The translations under genes and the position numbers were made by a program. Positions 25,820 to 41,820 of a stretch of DNA of 64,000 nucleotides are shown here, piece after piece. The stretch is from the human T2T-CHM13v2.0 reference genome, Homo sapiens. Position 1 is the first letter of the stretch, and the number at the start of each line of letters is the position of its first letter. The stretch lies in NCBI RefSeq assembly GCF_009914755.1, contig NC_060925.1; one strand, written 5' to 3'. The notes under the pieces are model-generated. The model searched no databases. It saw only the letters and a program-made list of their open reading frames with translations, and was not told the origin of the DNA.

Positions 25820-26750
25820 GTTGGTATGAAGAGTGGTCCAAGAAAGGAGGAGACAAGTTGGGTTTTTGAAGCCAGATCACTCACTGTCTAGCGGGCAACG
25901 AGAACCCCATCACTAGTGGTAGGTACAAGAAACAGGCCCTGGCAAAAACTACCAGTGACTACTGCCAACCAATGTTCAACCTTCCAGTGACAGAGATCAA
26001 CACTGAGCTCCCAATACAGTACTATTCCTTAAGAAGACCAACCAGCCACTTGGTGGATGGCAAGTTGACTAGCTGGGCACCTTCCATCCTGAAAGAGCCA
26101 GGGTTTCATTCTCACAGTGACCGATATCTCATTCTGAGTATGGTTTTGCCTTTCCCTCTTGCAAGCTCTCAGCCAGCTCAACTACGGGATGGCTGAGTGT
26201 TTGATCCACCAGCATGGGATCCCATCCATCATCATGCCAGGTCACAGGACCCATTTTAGAATAAAGCAGATGCAGGACAGGGCCAGTGACTAAGGGATCC
26301 ACTAGTTATATCACATACGAGAATCTTCTGATTTTATGGTGCATTGGAATGGCCTACTAACAACACAGCTAAAACACCAGCTCAGAGGCAATGCTCTGTG
26401 CATATGTATGCATCCTCAAGAACATACTATAGGCATCAAAGACTTTGATATGGCTCTGTGTCTCCTAAAGGAAGAATACATGGTCCCAGGAACCCAAGAG
26501 TGAAATAGGAGTGGATGTATTTCCCATTCCTCCCAGTACCTCATTGAAGGACTTGTGATTCCTATTTCCTCAGCTCTAGGCTTTGAGAGCTGGAGCTCCC
26601 GATTCTCCAAGGAGCAACTTTTTTGCCAGGAGATGCAGCAAAAATACAAAAGTATAAACAGTCACTGTTTCTTGGGTCCTTTGCACTTCTTGTGTCCAGG
26701 GACCAGCAGGCAAGACGTGGAGTCACTGTATTAGTAAGGGTAATTCACTT
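25820..26750 (+). mobile_element. ERVL (HERV16/ERV3-16A3-like) internal remnant, integrase region
   Basis: Degenerate ccagccacttggtgg...caagttgac (PATWWQVD-like) motif; no open ORF. Confidence 0.65.
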
Positions 26751-26798
26751 GAAAAAGGCAGCACTGCACATTTATAGTTGCATCAAGGTTATATTAAC

Positions 26799-27130
26799 CC
26801 TTCTGGGGAACCAAAACTAAGATAATACCATTGTTTTAATAGTACACATTAATTGGTCATAAGACACAGATTTTCAAACAATATTTTAACATTTCTGAAA
26901 TCTTGATGAACTTTACATCTGATGTTATTTCATATTTTAATAAACAACACTTTTTTCTTTCTTAAAGGCATGAAAATAATTATGCATCTTATAATCCGTG
27001 AGTTAGTGAATTACATATGGTACTATCTGTTGGAAAAACTTCCAATATTATTCAGACAGTTAATATGAAGGGAATAAATACTTATTTATCCTGCCACATA
27101 CCTAGCATGGACAAGGAGCTGTCACATTTC
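26799..27130 (+). repeat. ~330-bp local direct duplication, copy A (LTR16 end + MER104 + MIR part; partner 29236-29573)
   Basis: Colinear match with long identical blocks, e.g. gagttagtgaattacatatggtactatctgttggaaaaacttccaat. Confidence 0.95.
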
Positions 27131-27199
27131 CTACAAAAGCCCAGGCCTGTTCAAGAGTGGGTCAACTTCACATACTGGTAAAAACTGAAAATGTATTTC

Positions 27200-28608
27200 T
27201 TTTGCACAATAGCACTACTTACTTGGATGTCTCATATCAATGCTCACAAGAAAATATCCACCATAGAAAATGCCCCAGCCAACTACTTAGACAGAACACT
27301 TCATCCCAGGACAGCAGCCAGCTTCTGTCCTCAGCCAACCCTGTGCTTGCCAATAAACTCATAAATCATGTATCTATATGACAGAGGAGTGCAGGCCATG
27401 CCCCACAGCATGAGTCCCTCTCACCAGGACTGACCTACCTGCTGCTGAATGTCCAATCTATAAACAGCAGAGACCAAATCTGAGTGTTCAGTTTGGTACC
27501 ATCTCTTGGGTAGACTAGCCAGCTACTTGGTGGCAAGTTAATTATCATCAGTGCCCTTCTAACCTAGAGGGGGAAGTTATTCCAGGCATGGGTTTGCCTT
27601 CCTTTCCCACAGCATCTCAGACAGTACTACTATCAAAGGGACCCATGGGTCCATGACATCCTCCATAATGTGATCTTGGAACTAGGCGTCCATTTTATGT
27701 CGGTGGAAGTAAGATAATGGTCATGTTACATGACCATGGGCTCATTAATGCTACTATATACTCACTAATACTACCATCAAAAGCTGCTGGCCTGATATAA
27801 TGTTGAAATGGCTCTTTAAGGCACAACTAAAGCACCAGGTTGGGGATGACTCCTTTCAGTGTTGGGGTGCTGTCCTTCTGGATGCAGTATAGACTTTGAA
27901 CCAATGCCATTACATGGCACTGTTTGCCTAATAGGTACAATACATAGATTCAAGAACAAAAGGATAGAAGGAATGGTCTGTGTCACTATAACTACCCCAG
28001 TGACACACTTGGGGAACTTTTACAAAATGTTTGCTTTCTGGATATTTTTAACTCCTCATTCTAGTAGGTAAGCAGAATTTAAAATGTACTTACTGGGCTG
28101 GCAGGGGTGATTGATTATGATTATCATAAGCCAATGAGGTTGGTGCTACATAGCTACATATTAGGGGCTGGAGGAGGATATCTGGAATTCATAGGATTTA
28201 CTGGGACATCTCTTAGTACTTTCATGCCCAGTAATAACAATGAATTAGAAATTGCAGCGACCCCAGCCTGAGGAAAGCGTGGTAACCAAGAGTTCTGACA
28301 TCTCAGGGTTAAAGTTTTGGTTACCCCACTGGGCAAGCAACTTAGCCTAGCAGAAGAGCTGGGCAAGGATAAATGAAATGTAGAATAAGTAGAGGGGAGG
28401 GTGATGTGATTATCAGTATGGCCTTAGTGGCAATCACAGTAGCAGAGACTCTTGTTTTCCCATTAGCCCTTCTGTTAGAGTATTTTTAATCGTTTGTTTG
28501 TTTTTGCTCATTCATTTGTATTTAGAATTTTGACAGGCCACATTCTTGAAGAATCAGTGAGAAGATGCAGTAAACCTGGGCAGCAATGGGCCTGGGTAAG
28601 GGGTGGAC
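27200..28608 (+). mobile_element. Second ERVL (HERV16-like) internal remnant ending in a PPT
   Basis: ccagctacttggtggcaagttaattat integrase motif; ends aaggggtggac before the LTR TG. Confidence 0.65.
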
Positions 28609-29261
28609 TGTAGCATACGGTGTCAGCATCCTCAGCCTGACCATCTCCACTTATACAAGCCCTCTATCCAACTGCCAGTATCTGCAACTCTGTCTCATGG
28701 TTCTCTGGGGCCACTGGAAACTTCTCTGTCCACACATGGGACAAGCAGAAATATCAGGGAATTAGCAGTAGCCTGGACAACATGGGAAACCCCATCTCCA
28801 CAAAAGACACAAAAATTATCCGGGCATGGTGGCACATGCCTGTGGTCCCAGTTACTTGGGGGGCTGAAGGATAGCTTAAGCCCAGGAGGTCAAGGCTGCA
28901 GTGAGCTGTGATCAAGCCACTGCACTCCAGCCTAGATGGAACCTTGTCTCAAAAAAAAAGTAGCCTTCAACCAAGTACTAACAGGAATTGGTGCATAAAT
29001 AACCTAGCTCCCTTGCACCTTGGGTAAAATAACTCTGAGGTACATGTTCAGTACTGGCTCCTAGAATTTTCTCAGTGAAAGTATGCTCAATTTTCCCACA
29101 AAAGTAATTTATTTTGTAGAGGCCCTTTATTGGCTTTTTTCCCCCTCCATGTTTCATATTCCCTCTCCTTTACCAGTGTGTCTTGTATTATCTCAAAAAT
29201 AAAATATTAGCTTCTGAATATTTGTCTCGCCGTTTCCTTCTGGGGAAAAAAAACTAAGATA
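28609..29261 (+). mobile_element. LTR16-family LTR with AluJ insertion
   Basis: Starts TG after the PPT; ends aataaa...ccttctggggaaaaaaaactaagata. Confidence 0.65.
28770..28959 (+). mobile_element. 5'-truncated AluJ
   Basis: Partial left arm, right arm and A-tail; flanking direct repeat agtagcct. Confidence 0.9.
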
Positions 29262-29573
29262 ATACCATTGCTTTAATGGTACATGTTAATTGGTTATAAG
29301 ACACATTTTTACACATATTTTAACATTTCTGAGATCTTGATGAACTTTACAGCTGATGCTATTTTATAGTTTAACAGACTGTACTTTTTTCTTTCTTAAA
29401 GGCACAAAAATAATGGTGCGTCTTATAATCCATGACATCTTAGAGTTAGTGAATTACATATGGTACTATCTGTTGGAAAAACTTCCAATGTTATTCAGAC
29501 AATTTATGTGAAGATAACAAATGCTCATTTATCTAGCCACATGCCTAGCATGGGCAAGGAGCTGTCACATTTC
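29236..29573 (+). repeat. ~335-bp local direct duplication, copy B, containing a MER104-like TcMar MITE (~29262-29465)
   Basis: ttttttctttcttaaaggcacaaaaataatggtgcgtcttataatc resembles MER104; matches 26799-27130. Confidence 0.9.
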
Positions 29574-29829
29574 ATTTAGTCTTCAAAATGACCTTGCTGG
29601 AGTATTAGTATTTCTATTTTACAGACTAAGAAATTGAGGTTAAATGAATTAAGTTACTTACCTAAAGATTTGATCTCAAAGTTCTTTCACTGTACTACAA
29701 TGCCTTAAACTGTTTATCAAAACAATTTGTATTTGAAACACATGGTGACTGGAATTAGAGAATCTTCTTGGTTTATTTTTCCCTTCAGTTAATCAGAATT
29801 AAGAATATTGTAATAAATAGGCAATAGAG

Positions 29830-30305
29830 TTAAAATATGATCATGTCAAGTACCATAAAAAATATGGGAAAACAGGTATTATCATATATTGCTAGCCAAA
29901 GTATAAATTGTTGTAGCACCTTTGTAAAGCACTTGGCAGCAACTAGTAAAATTTTTTTTAAATGTGTATATTCTAGGACCCAGTGATGCCATATTTAGAG
30001 ATATGCCTCAGGCAAATATTGTCATATGTATTCAATGAGGATTGCCAGTGTGGCATTGTCTATAAAAGCAAAAACTAGGAGCACTCAAACAGCCATCAAT
30101 AGGGGAACGGATTTTTAAAATTTGGTGTATTCTTGTAAAAGAATAGTGTACTGAATGTGAATAGAACAAATTCATACAGATGAATCTTGATAGGTCCTCA
30201 ACACATAATGAGTGGAAAAAAGAAAGATATAGCATGATGAGGAAAGCAAAGCAGTATTTAAATAAAACTTTACAATATAAAAAGATACTGTATGTTACTT
30301 ATGAG

Positions 30306-30359
<54 letters not shown>

Positions 30360-30544
30360 CTAAGGCATTTTTTAAAATGGAATTCCAGAATCTAAACCAA
30401 TATTGTGATCATGGCTGCCTCTGAAGAGGAGTGAAAGAGAATTGGGCTGGGTGGAAAAGTTGAAGGAGTTATTCACGTTATCTGTTGTGGTTTTGCTTTT
30501 ATTTTCTAAGAGAATCTATTCAGATATTATTTGTATAAACACAC
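29830..30544 (+). mobile_element. Old L1M (L1ME-like) 3' fragment; resumes ~32912-33060
   Basis: Degenerate ORF2 end and 3'UTR phrases (aaatatgggaaaacaggtattatcatatattgctag; ccatcaataggggaacgg). Confidence 0.6.
30304..30356. repeat. (GT)n microsatellite
   Basis: About 26 GT units with one interruption. Confidence 0.95.
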
Positions 30545-32911
30545 TGACATGGTTTGGCTCTGTGTCCTCACCCAAATCTCATGTCAAATTGTAATCCAAA
30601 TTGTAATCCCCACGTGTCAAGGGAAGGACCTAGCGTGAGATGATTGAATCATGGGGCAGTTTCCCCCATGCTGTTCTTGTGATAGTGAGTGAGTTCTCAT
30701 GAGATTTGATGGTTTTTATCAGTGGCAGTTTCCCCTTCACTCTCATCTGCCATCATGTAAGACATGCCTTGCTTTGCCTTAACTTCCATCATGATTCTAA
30801 GTTTCCTGAGGCCTCCCCTGCCATGCAGAACTGTGACTCAATTAAACCTCTTTCCTTCATAAATTACCCAATCTCAGGTATTTCTTTATAGCAGTGTGAA
30901 AACAGATTAATACAGAGAATGGATACCAAGGTAGTGGGTCATTGCTATAACATACCTGAGAAAGTGGAAGCTACTTTAGAACTGGGTAACTAGCAGAGGA
31001 TGGAACAGTTTGGAAGGCTCAGAAGAAGAGAGGAAGATGAGGGAAAGTTTGGAACTTCCTAGAGACTTTTTGAATATTTTTCACCAAAATGCTGATAGTG
31101 ATATGGACAATGAAGTCTGGGCTGAGGTGGTCTCAGATGGAGATGAGGAACTTATTGGGAATTGGAACAAAGGTGACTCTTGCTATGCTTTAGAAAAGAG
31201 ACTGGCAGCAGTTTGCCCCTGCCCTAGAGATCTGTGGAACTTTGAACTTGAGAGAGATGATTAGGGTATCTGGCAGAATGAATTTCTAAGCAGCAAAGCA
31301 TTCAAGATGTGGCCTGGGTGCTCTTAACAGCGTACAGCAATATGCATTCACAAAGAGATGGTTTGAAATTGGAACTTACGTTTAAAGAAGAAGCAGAGCA
31401 GAAAAGTTTGGCAAATATGCAGCCTGACCATATGGTAGAAAATAAAAACCCATTTTCTGGGGAGAAATTCAAGCCTGCTACAGAAATTTGCACAAGTAAT
31501 GAGGAACTGAATGTTAAGCACCAAGATAATGGGGAAAATGTCTCCAGGGCATTTCAGAGACTTTCATGGAATCCCCTCCTATCACAGGCCCAGAGGCATA
31601 GGAGGGAAAAATGGTTTTGTGGGCTGGGCCCAGGACCCCCCTGCTCTGTGAAGCCTCAGGACTTGATGACCTGCATCGCAGCTGCTCCACCTCCCACTGT
31701 TGCTAAAAGGGGCCAAGGTACAGCTCCAGCCATTGCTTCAAAGGGTGCAAGCTCCAAGCACTGCCAGCTTCCACATGTTGTTGGGCCTGCAGGTGGGCAA
31801 AAGACAAGAGTTGAGCTTTTGGAACCTCCACCTAGATTTCAGAGGATGTATGAAAATGCCAAAATGTCCAGGCAGAAGTCTGCTGCAGGGGCAGAGCCCT
31901 CATAGAGAACTTCTACTAGGGCAAAGCAGAGCAGAAATGTGGGGTTGGAGCCCCCACAGAGAGTCCCCACTGGGGCACTGCCTAGTGGAGCTGTAAGAAG
32001 AAGGCCACTGTTCTCTGCACCCCAAAATGGTAGATCCACTGACAGCTTGCGCCATGCACTTGGAAAAACCACAGGCACCCAACGCCAGGCAATGAAAGCA
32101 GCTGCAGGCACTGTACCCTGCAGAGCCACAGAGTCAGAGATGCCCAAGGCCTAGGGAGCCCACCCTTTGCATCAGCATTTCCTGGATGTGACACATGGAA
32201 TCAAAAGAAGATTTTGGGGCTTTAAGATTTAATGACTGCCCAGCCAGGTTTTGGATTTGCATAGGGCCTGTGGCCCCTTTGTTTTGGCCAATTTCTCCCA
32301 TTTAGAATGGGAGCATTTATCCAACGTCTGTACCCCCATTGTATCTTGGGGGTATCTAACTTGCTTTTGATTTTACAGGCTCAGAGGTGGAAGGGACTTG
32401 CCTTGTCTCAGATGAGGCTTTGGACTTGGACTTCTGAGTTACTGCTGGAATGAGTTAAAAATTTGGGAGACTGTTAGGAAGGCATGATTGGTTGTGAAAT
32501 ATGAAAAGGACATGAGATTTGGAAGAAGCCAGGAGAAGAATAATATGGTTTGTCTCTATCTCTCCACCCAAAGCTCATCTTGAATTATAATCCAAATTGT
32601 AATCCCCACATGCCGAGGGAGGAACCTGGTGTGGGGTGATTGGATCATGAGGGTGGTTTCCCCCATGCTGCTCTTGTGAGTTTTCATGAGATCTGATGCT
32701 TTAAAAGTGTTTGGCAGTTTCCCTTGTCTTCTCTTTCTTGTCTGCCACCATGTAAGACATGCCTTGCTTTCCATTCACCTTCCATCATGATTGCAAGTTT
32801 CCTGAGAACTCCCCACCCCTGTAGAACTGTGCGTCAATTAAACCTCTTTTCTTTATAAATTATCCAGTCTTGGGTAGCATCTCTATAGCAATGTGAAAAT
32901 GGACTAATATA
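30545..32911 (+). mobile_element. Complete MaLR element (THE1D/MSTA-type): 5'LTR 30545-30914, internal 30915-32540, 3'LTR 32541-32911
   Basis: Two homologous LTRs, ~1.6 kb internal region with ORF remnants (31010-31264, 31309-31905), purine tract before the 3'LTR, 5-bp TSD cacac. Confidence 0.93.
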
Positions 32912-33327
32912 CACACACATGCACACAAGAAAAAAACCTGAAAGCAAATATTTTAAAATGTTAATAATTCTTAATTCTCTGTGGAAGGAACAGGAGTATT
33001 TCTTACTACTTTTTGTAGTTCTCCGTATTTCTAAGTTTCTTAAAATAATAAAAATTAATAAAGTTTACTAATACTTTTCTAACCAAAGCATCCAGCTTAC
33101 TATTTTCTTTTTTTTTTTTTTAATTATACTTTAAGTTTTAGGGTACATGTGCACATTGTGCAGGTCAGTTACATATGTATACATGTGCCATGCTGGTGCG
33201 CTGCACCCACTAACTCGTCATCTAGCATTAGGTATATCTCCCAATGCTATCCCTCCCCCCTCCCCTGACCCCACCACAGTCCCCAGAGTGTGATATTCCC
33301 CTTCCTGTGTCCATGTGATCTCATTGT

Positions 33328-37158
<3,831 letters not shown>

Positions 37159-37221
37159 TATGATGTTAGCTGGTGATTTTGCTCGTTAGTTGATGCAGTT
37201 TCTTCCTAGTCTCGATGGTCT

Positions 37222-38238
37222 TTACATTTTGGCATGATTTTGCAGCGGCTGGTACCGGTTGTTCCTTTCCATGTTTAGCGCTTCCTTCAGGAGCTCTTTT
37301 AGGGCAGGCCTGGTGGTGACAAAATCGGTCAGCATTTGCTTGTCTGTAAAGTATTTTATTTCTCCTTCACTTATGAAGCTTAGTTTGGCTGGATATGAAA
37401 TTCTGGGTTGAAAATTCTTTTCTTTAAGAATGTTGAATATTGGCCCCCACTCTCTTCTGGCTTGTAGGGTTTCTGCCAAGAGATCTGCTGTTAGTCTGAT
37501 GGGCTTCCCTTTGAGGGTAACCCGACCTTTCTCTCTAGCTGCCCTTAACATTTTTTCCTTCATTTCAACTTTGGTGAATCTGACAATTATGTGTCTTGGA
37601 GTTGCTCTTCTCGAAGAGTATCTTTGTGGTGTTCTCTGTATTTCCTGAATCTGAACGTTGGCCTGCCTTGCTAGATTGGGGAAGTTCTCCTGGATAATAT
37701 CCTGCAGAGTGTTTTCCAACTTGGTTCCATTCTCCGCATCACTTTCAGGTACACCAATCAGACGTAGATTTGGTCTTTTCACATAGTCCCATATTTCTTG
37801 GAGGCTTTGCTCACTTCTTCTTATTCGTTTTTCTCTAAACTTCCCTTCTCGCTTCATTTCATTCATTTCATCTTCCATTGCTGATACCCTTTCTTCCAGT
37901 TGATCGCATCGGCTCCTGAGGCTTCTGCATTCTTCACATAGTTCTCAAGCCTTGGTTTTCAGCTCCATCAGCTCCTTTAAGCACTTCTCTGTATTGGTTA
38001 TTCTAGTTATACATTCTTCTAAATTTTTTTCAAAGTTTTCAACTTCTTTGCCTTTGGTTTGAATGTTCTCCCATAGCTCAGAGTAATTTGATCGTCTGAA
38101 GCCTTCTTCTCTCAGCTCGTCAAAATCATTCTCCATCCAGCTTTGTTCCGTTGCTGGTGAGGAACTGCGTTCCTTTGGAGGAGGAGAGGTGCTCTGCGTT
38201 TTAGAGTTTCCCGTTTTTCTGTTCTGTTTTTTCCCCAT
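37222..38238 (-). pseudogene. ORF1: L1 ORF1 (338 codons) with a single premature stop
   Basis: MGKKQNRK...LQNHAKM in one frame; TGA at 37945-37947 (codon 98, likely CGA>TGA). Confidence 0.95.
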
Positions 38239-39146
38239 CTTTGTGGTTTTATCTACTTTTGGTCTTTGATGATGGTGATGTACAGATGGGTTTTCGGTGT
38301 GGATGTCCTTTCTGTTTGTTAGTTTTCCTTCTAACAGACAGGACCCTCAGCTGCAGGTCTGTTGGAATACCCTGCCGTGTGAGGTGTCAGTGTGCCCCTG
38401 CTGGGGGGTGCCTCCCAGTTAGGCTGCTCGGGGGTCAGGGGTCAGGGACCCACTTGAGGAGGCAGTCTGCAGGTTCTCAGATCTCCAGCTGCGTGCTGGG
38501 AGAACCACTGCTCTCTTCAAAGCTGTCAGACAGGGACATTTAAGTCTGCAGAGGTTACTGCTGTCTTTTTGTTTGTCTGTGCCCTGCCCCCAGAGGTGGA
38601 GCCTACAGAGGCAGGCAGGCCTCCTTGAGCTGTGGTGGGCTCCACCCAGTTCGAGCTTCCCGGCTGCTTTGTTTACCTAAGCAAGCCTGGGCAATGGCGG
38701 GCGCCCCTCCCCCAGCCTCGCTGCCGCCTTGCAGTTTGATCTCAGACTGCTGTGCTAGCAATCAGCGAGATTCCGTGGGCGTAGGACCCTCCGAGCCAGG
38801 TGTGGGATATAGTCTCGTGGTGCGCCGTTTTTTAAGCCCGTCGGAAAAGCGCAATATTCGGGTGGGAGTGACCCGATTTTCCAGGTGCGTCCGTCACCCC
38901 TTTCTTTGACTCGGAAAGGGAACTCCCTGACCCCTTGCGCTTCCCAGGTGAGGCAATGCCTCGCCCTGCTTCGGCTCGCGCATGGTGCGCGCACCCACTG
39001 GCCTGCGCCCACTGTCTGGCACTCCCTAGTGAGATGAACCCGGTACCTCAGATGGAAATGCAGAAATCACCCGTCTTCTGCGTCGCTCACGCTGGGAGCT
39101 GTAGACCGGAGCTGTTCCTATTCGGCCATCTTGGCTCCTCCCCCCC
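38239..39146 (-). promoter_or_regulatory. L1 5'UTR internal sense/antisense promoter, CpG-rich, YY1 site intact
   Basis: CAAGATGGCC YY1 motif at ~39124-39133; dense CpGs at 38650-39125. Confidence 0.85.
38694..38909 (+). CDS. ORF0: L1 antisense ORF0, intact 71 aa
   Basis: gcaATGg context; MAGAPPPASLPPCSLISDCCASNQRDSVGVGPSEPGVGYSLVVRRFLSPSEKRNIRVGVTRFSRCVRHPFL*; expression not shown. Confidence 0.85.
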   Translation: MAGAPPPASLPPCSLISDCCASNQRDSVGVGPSEPGVGYSLVVRRFLSPSEKRNIRVGVTRFSRCVRHPFL

Positions 39147-39759
39147 AGCTTACTATTTTCTTCCATGGCTATGACTATCTTGGAAGTAGCAGTCAGTGAT
39201 TATATACACATGGAATGTAATAAACACTTAGGTTGTTTAAATCAATAATTTTTAAATCATTTAGTAAATGTAGCAATACCACATACTACTACTAATGGCT
39301 CTATGAAATACAAAATTTATTTGGCACAAGCACTCATTTGCTATACCCTCTAGCCATGGATTACAACCCATTGAAATGTATTAATATCTACTGGAAATAT
39401 TCGCACTGGAAACTCTAATTAGCTAACCGTTTGTTTTAAGATAACAGGTTGAACAAAAATTCAAAGTTAACATTATTTCTAATAACTACCTATTATGACA
39501 AATTAGATGAAAAGTAGACAAATTCTTTGTTGTTCACTCACTTAACAAATATATTTGAATACCTATTGGTGCAACCATCCCAGGCTCTAGGGATACAGTG
39601 GTGAAAACACAGTTCTTCCCCAATGAGCTGATAGTCTATAGAGTTGGAACAATAGGAGATTAACAAAGACACAAATAAACATATATAAAGTCAAGCTGGG
39701 ATGAGTACTGTGGAGTAGGAAAACACGGTATATGGAAGTTAAGGTATGCAGGTGAGGCA

Positions 39760-40530
39760 GAGGTCACAAATTGTCCCCCAGTATTTTTCTCCCCATCTTC
39801 TTTTTTATATAGAACCTCTCAGTTTCATTAACTAAGCTCAAGGCCACCCAGCTAGAGATGATATTTCTCAGCCTCTCTTGCAGCTAGGTGTAGATATGTA
39901 CCTATGTTTGGTCTAATGAAATATAAGCAATAGTAAATTTCATGTCAGCCCCTAGAAGCAAAACTACTTGCCTTGTACTTTCTCTTCCTCAGCTAGCTAA
40001 GAAGTGGCAACAACTATAGCATCCTTGGATGCCACCTGGGAAGCATGTCAGAGATACCTCATGGGCTCCTGATATGGTTTGGCTCTGTGTCCTCACCCAA
40101 ACCTCATCTGGAATTGTAATCCCCACATGTTGAAGGAGGGACATGGTGGGAGGTAATTGGATCATGGGCAATTTCCCCCATGCTGTTCTCGTAATAGTGA
40201 GCTCTCATAAGATCAGATGGTTTTATCAGTGGCAGTTTCCCCAGTGCTCTCTCTCTCTCACCTGCCTCCACGTAAGACGTGCCTTGCTTTCCCATTCACC
40301 TTCCATCACGATTGTAAGTTTCCTAAGGCCTCCCCAGCCATGCGGAACTGTGAGTCAATTAAACCTGTTTTCTTCATGAATTACCCAGTCTCAGGCAGTT
40401 CTTCATAGCAGTGTGAAAATGGACTAATACAGCCCTGGATTGTTGCATGAGAAAGAAATTAACATCTATTATGCTGGAGGCACATATTTGCATCTCTTTG
40501 ATGTAGTAGGTTATTCTGTCCCCTGAGACA
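39760..40530 (+). mobile_element. Old MaLR LTR (MLT1H/J-like) interrupted by a THE1/MST solo LTR
   Basis: atttctcagcctctcttgcagctaggtgtag...tctaatgaaatataagc; gagaaagaaattaac near the 3' end. Confidence 0.6.
40070..40431 (+). mobile_element. THE1D/MSTA-type solo LTR
   Basis: tgatatggtttggctctgtgtcc ... ggactaataca. Confidence 0.92.
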
Positions 40531-40534
40531 GCAG

Positions 40535-41820
40535 AGATGACTATTTCTTAGGTTGTCATCAGCTTTTCTTAGAAGATAGGATTGGAGCAGATAGCTAATT
40601 AGCATGAAGGAGAGTGTCATTCAAAGGTCTAAGAGGAAAACATCTCAGGCAGAAGGGAAGGAAGTACAAGGTTCTGAAGCCAGAATAAGCTCAGTAGATT
40701 TGAGAAACATTAAAAAGGACACCATGATGGGCATGGAGTAAATTAAAGGAGCAACTTACTAGAAAATAAGCTGGGACGCATATATTCATTGCAGTACTAG
40801 TCACAATAGCAAAGACATGAAATCAACCCAAATGCCCATCAATGATAGATTGGATAAAGAAAATGTGGTACATATACACCATGGAATACTATGCACCCAT
40901 AAAAACGAACGAGATCATGTCCTTTGCAGGGACATAGATGGAGCTGGAAGCCATTACCGGCATCAGCAAACTAATGCAGGAACAGAAAACCAAACACCAC
41001 ATGTTTTCACTTATAATTGGGAACTAAATGATCAGAGCACATGCACACATGGAGGGGAAAAACACACGCTGGAGCCTGTCTCAGGGGGAAAAGTGGGGAG
41101 AGAGAGCTTCAAGAAGAATAGCTAATGAATGTTGGGCTTAATACCCAGGTGATGGAATGATCTGTGCAGCAAACCACCATGGCACACATTTACCTAAGTA
41201 AGAAATCTGCGCATGCTACACATGTATCCCCGAACTTAAAATAAAAGTTGAAAAAAAAAAGATGGGAGAAGTAGGCCAGGGTCAGCCAAGTAGGGCTTTT
41301 AAGACTATGATGAGGGTTCAGCTTTTACTCTATTATGAAAAGGTCTTACAGAGTTTTGAACAGGGGAATAACAATAATTAATACACGTTAAAGGCCTGTT
41401 TGGCTGCTATACAGAGAATAAATGATAGAGTAGCAAGAATGAAAGTCAAGAACCAGTTGGGACCTATTGTAAACAGTTCAGGGGAAAGACTACTGGAGCC
41501 TCAAGTACAATGTGAGATATAGAAATGGTGAAATGTACTCAGATTCAGGATACAGTTTGAAGACCAAACCACAGGAATTAAGAATGCTTCCAAGGTTTTT
41601 AAATAAACTGGGGGATAACTGAAATAAGGAATAGTAGATTGGGAGGTGGAGTATTGCAGCTCATAGTTCTTTTCTGGGTATGTTAACTGGGTGATAACCA
41701 TTAGACTATGAATGGAGATGCTAAGTGGGCAGTTGGACAATACAAGTCTGAAGCTCTGTAGAGAGGACAAGCCTGGGAATAAATTTAGGAGTCACCAGCA
41801 TATCAATAGTAAAAAATAAT
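40535..41820 (-). mobile_element. L2 fragment interrupted by L1PA
   Basis: Reverse L2 phrases (gagttttgaacagggga; tggctgctatacagagaata; ggagatgctaagtgggcagttggac). Confidence 0.6.
40777..41260 (+). mobile_element. L1 3' end (L1PA13-16-like), 5'-truncated
   Basis: ORF2 end, 3'UTR and aataaaagttgaaaaaaaaaa; degenerate TSD aaaataagctggga / aaaaaaagatggga. Confidence 0.9.

Noticed and set aside
25960-28300. The two ERVL integrase remnants as halves of one tandem duplication
   Set aside because: They are far more diverged from each other than the 330-bp duplicated unit, consistent with independent ancient copies
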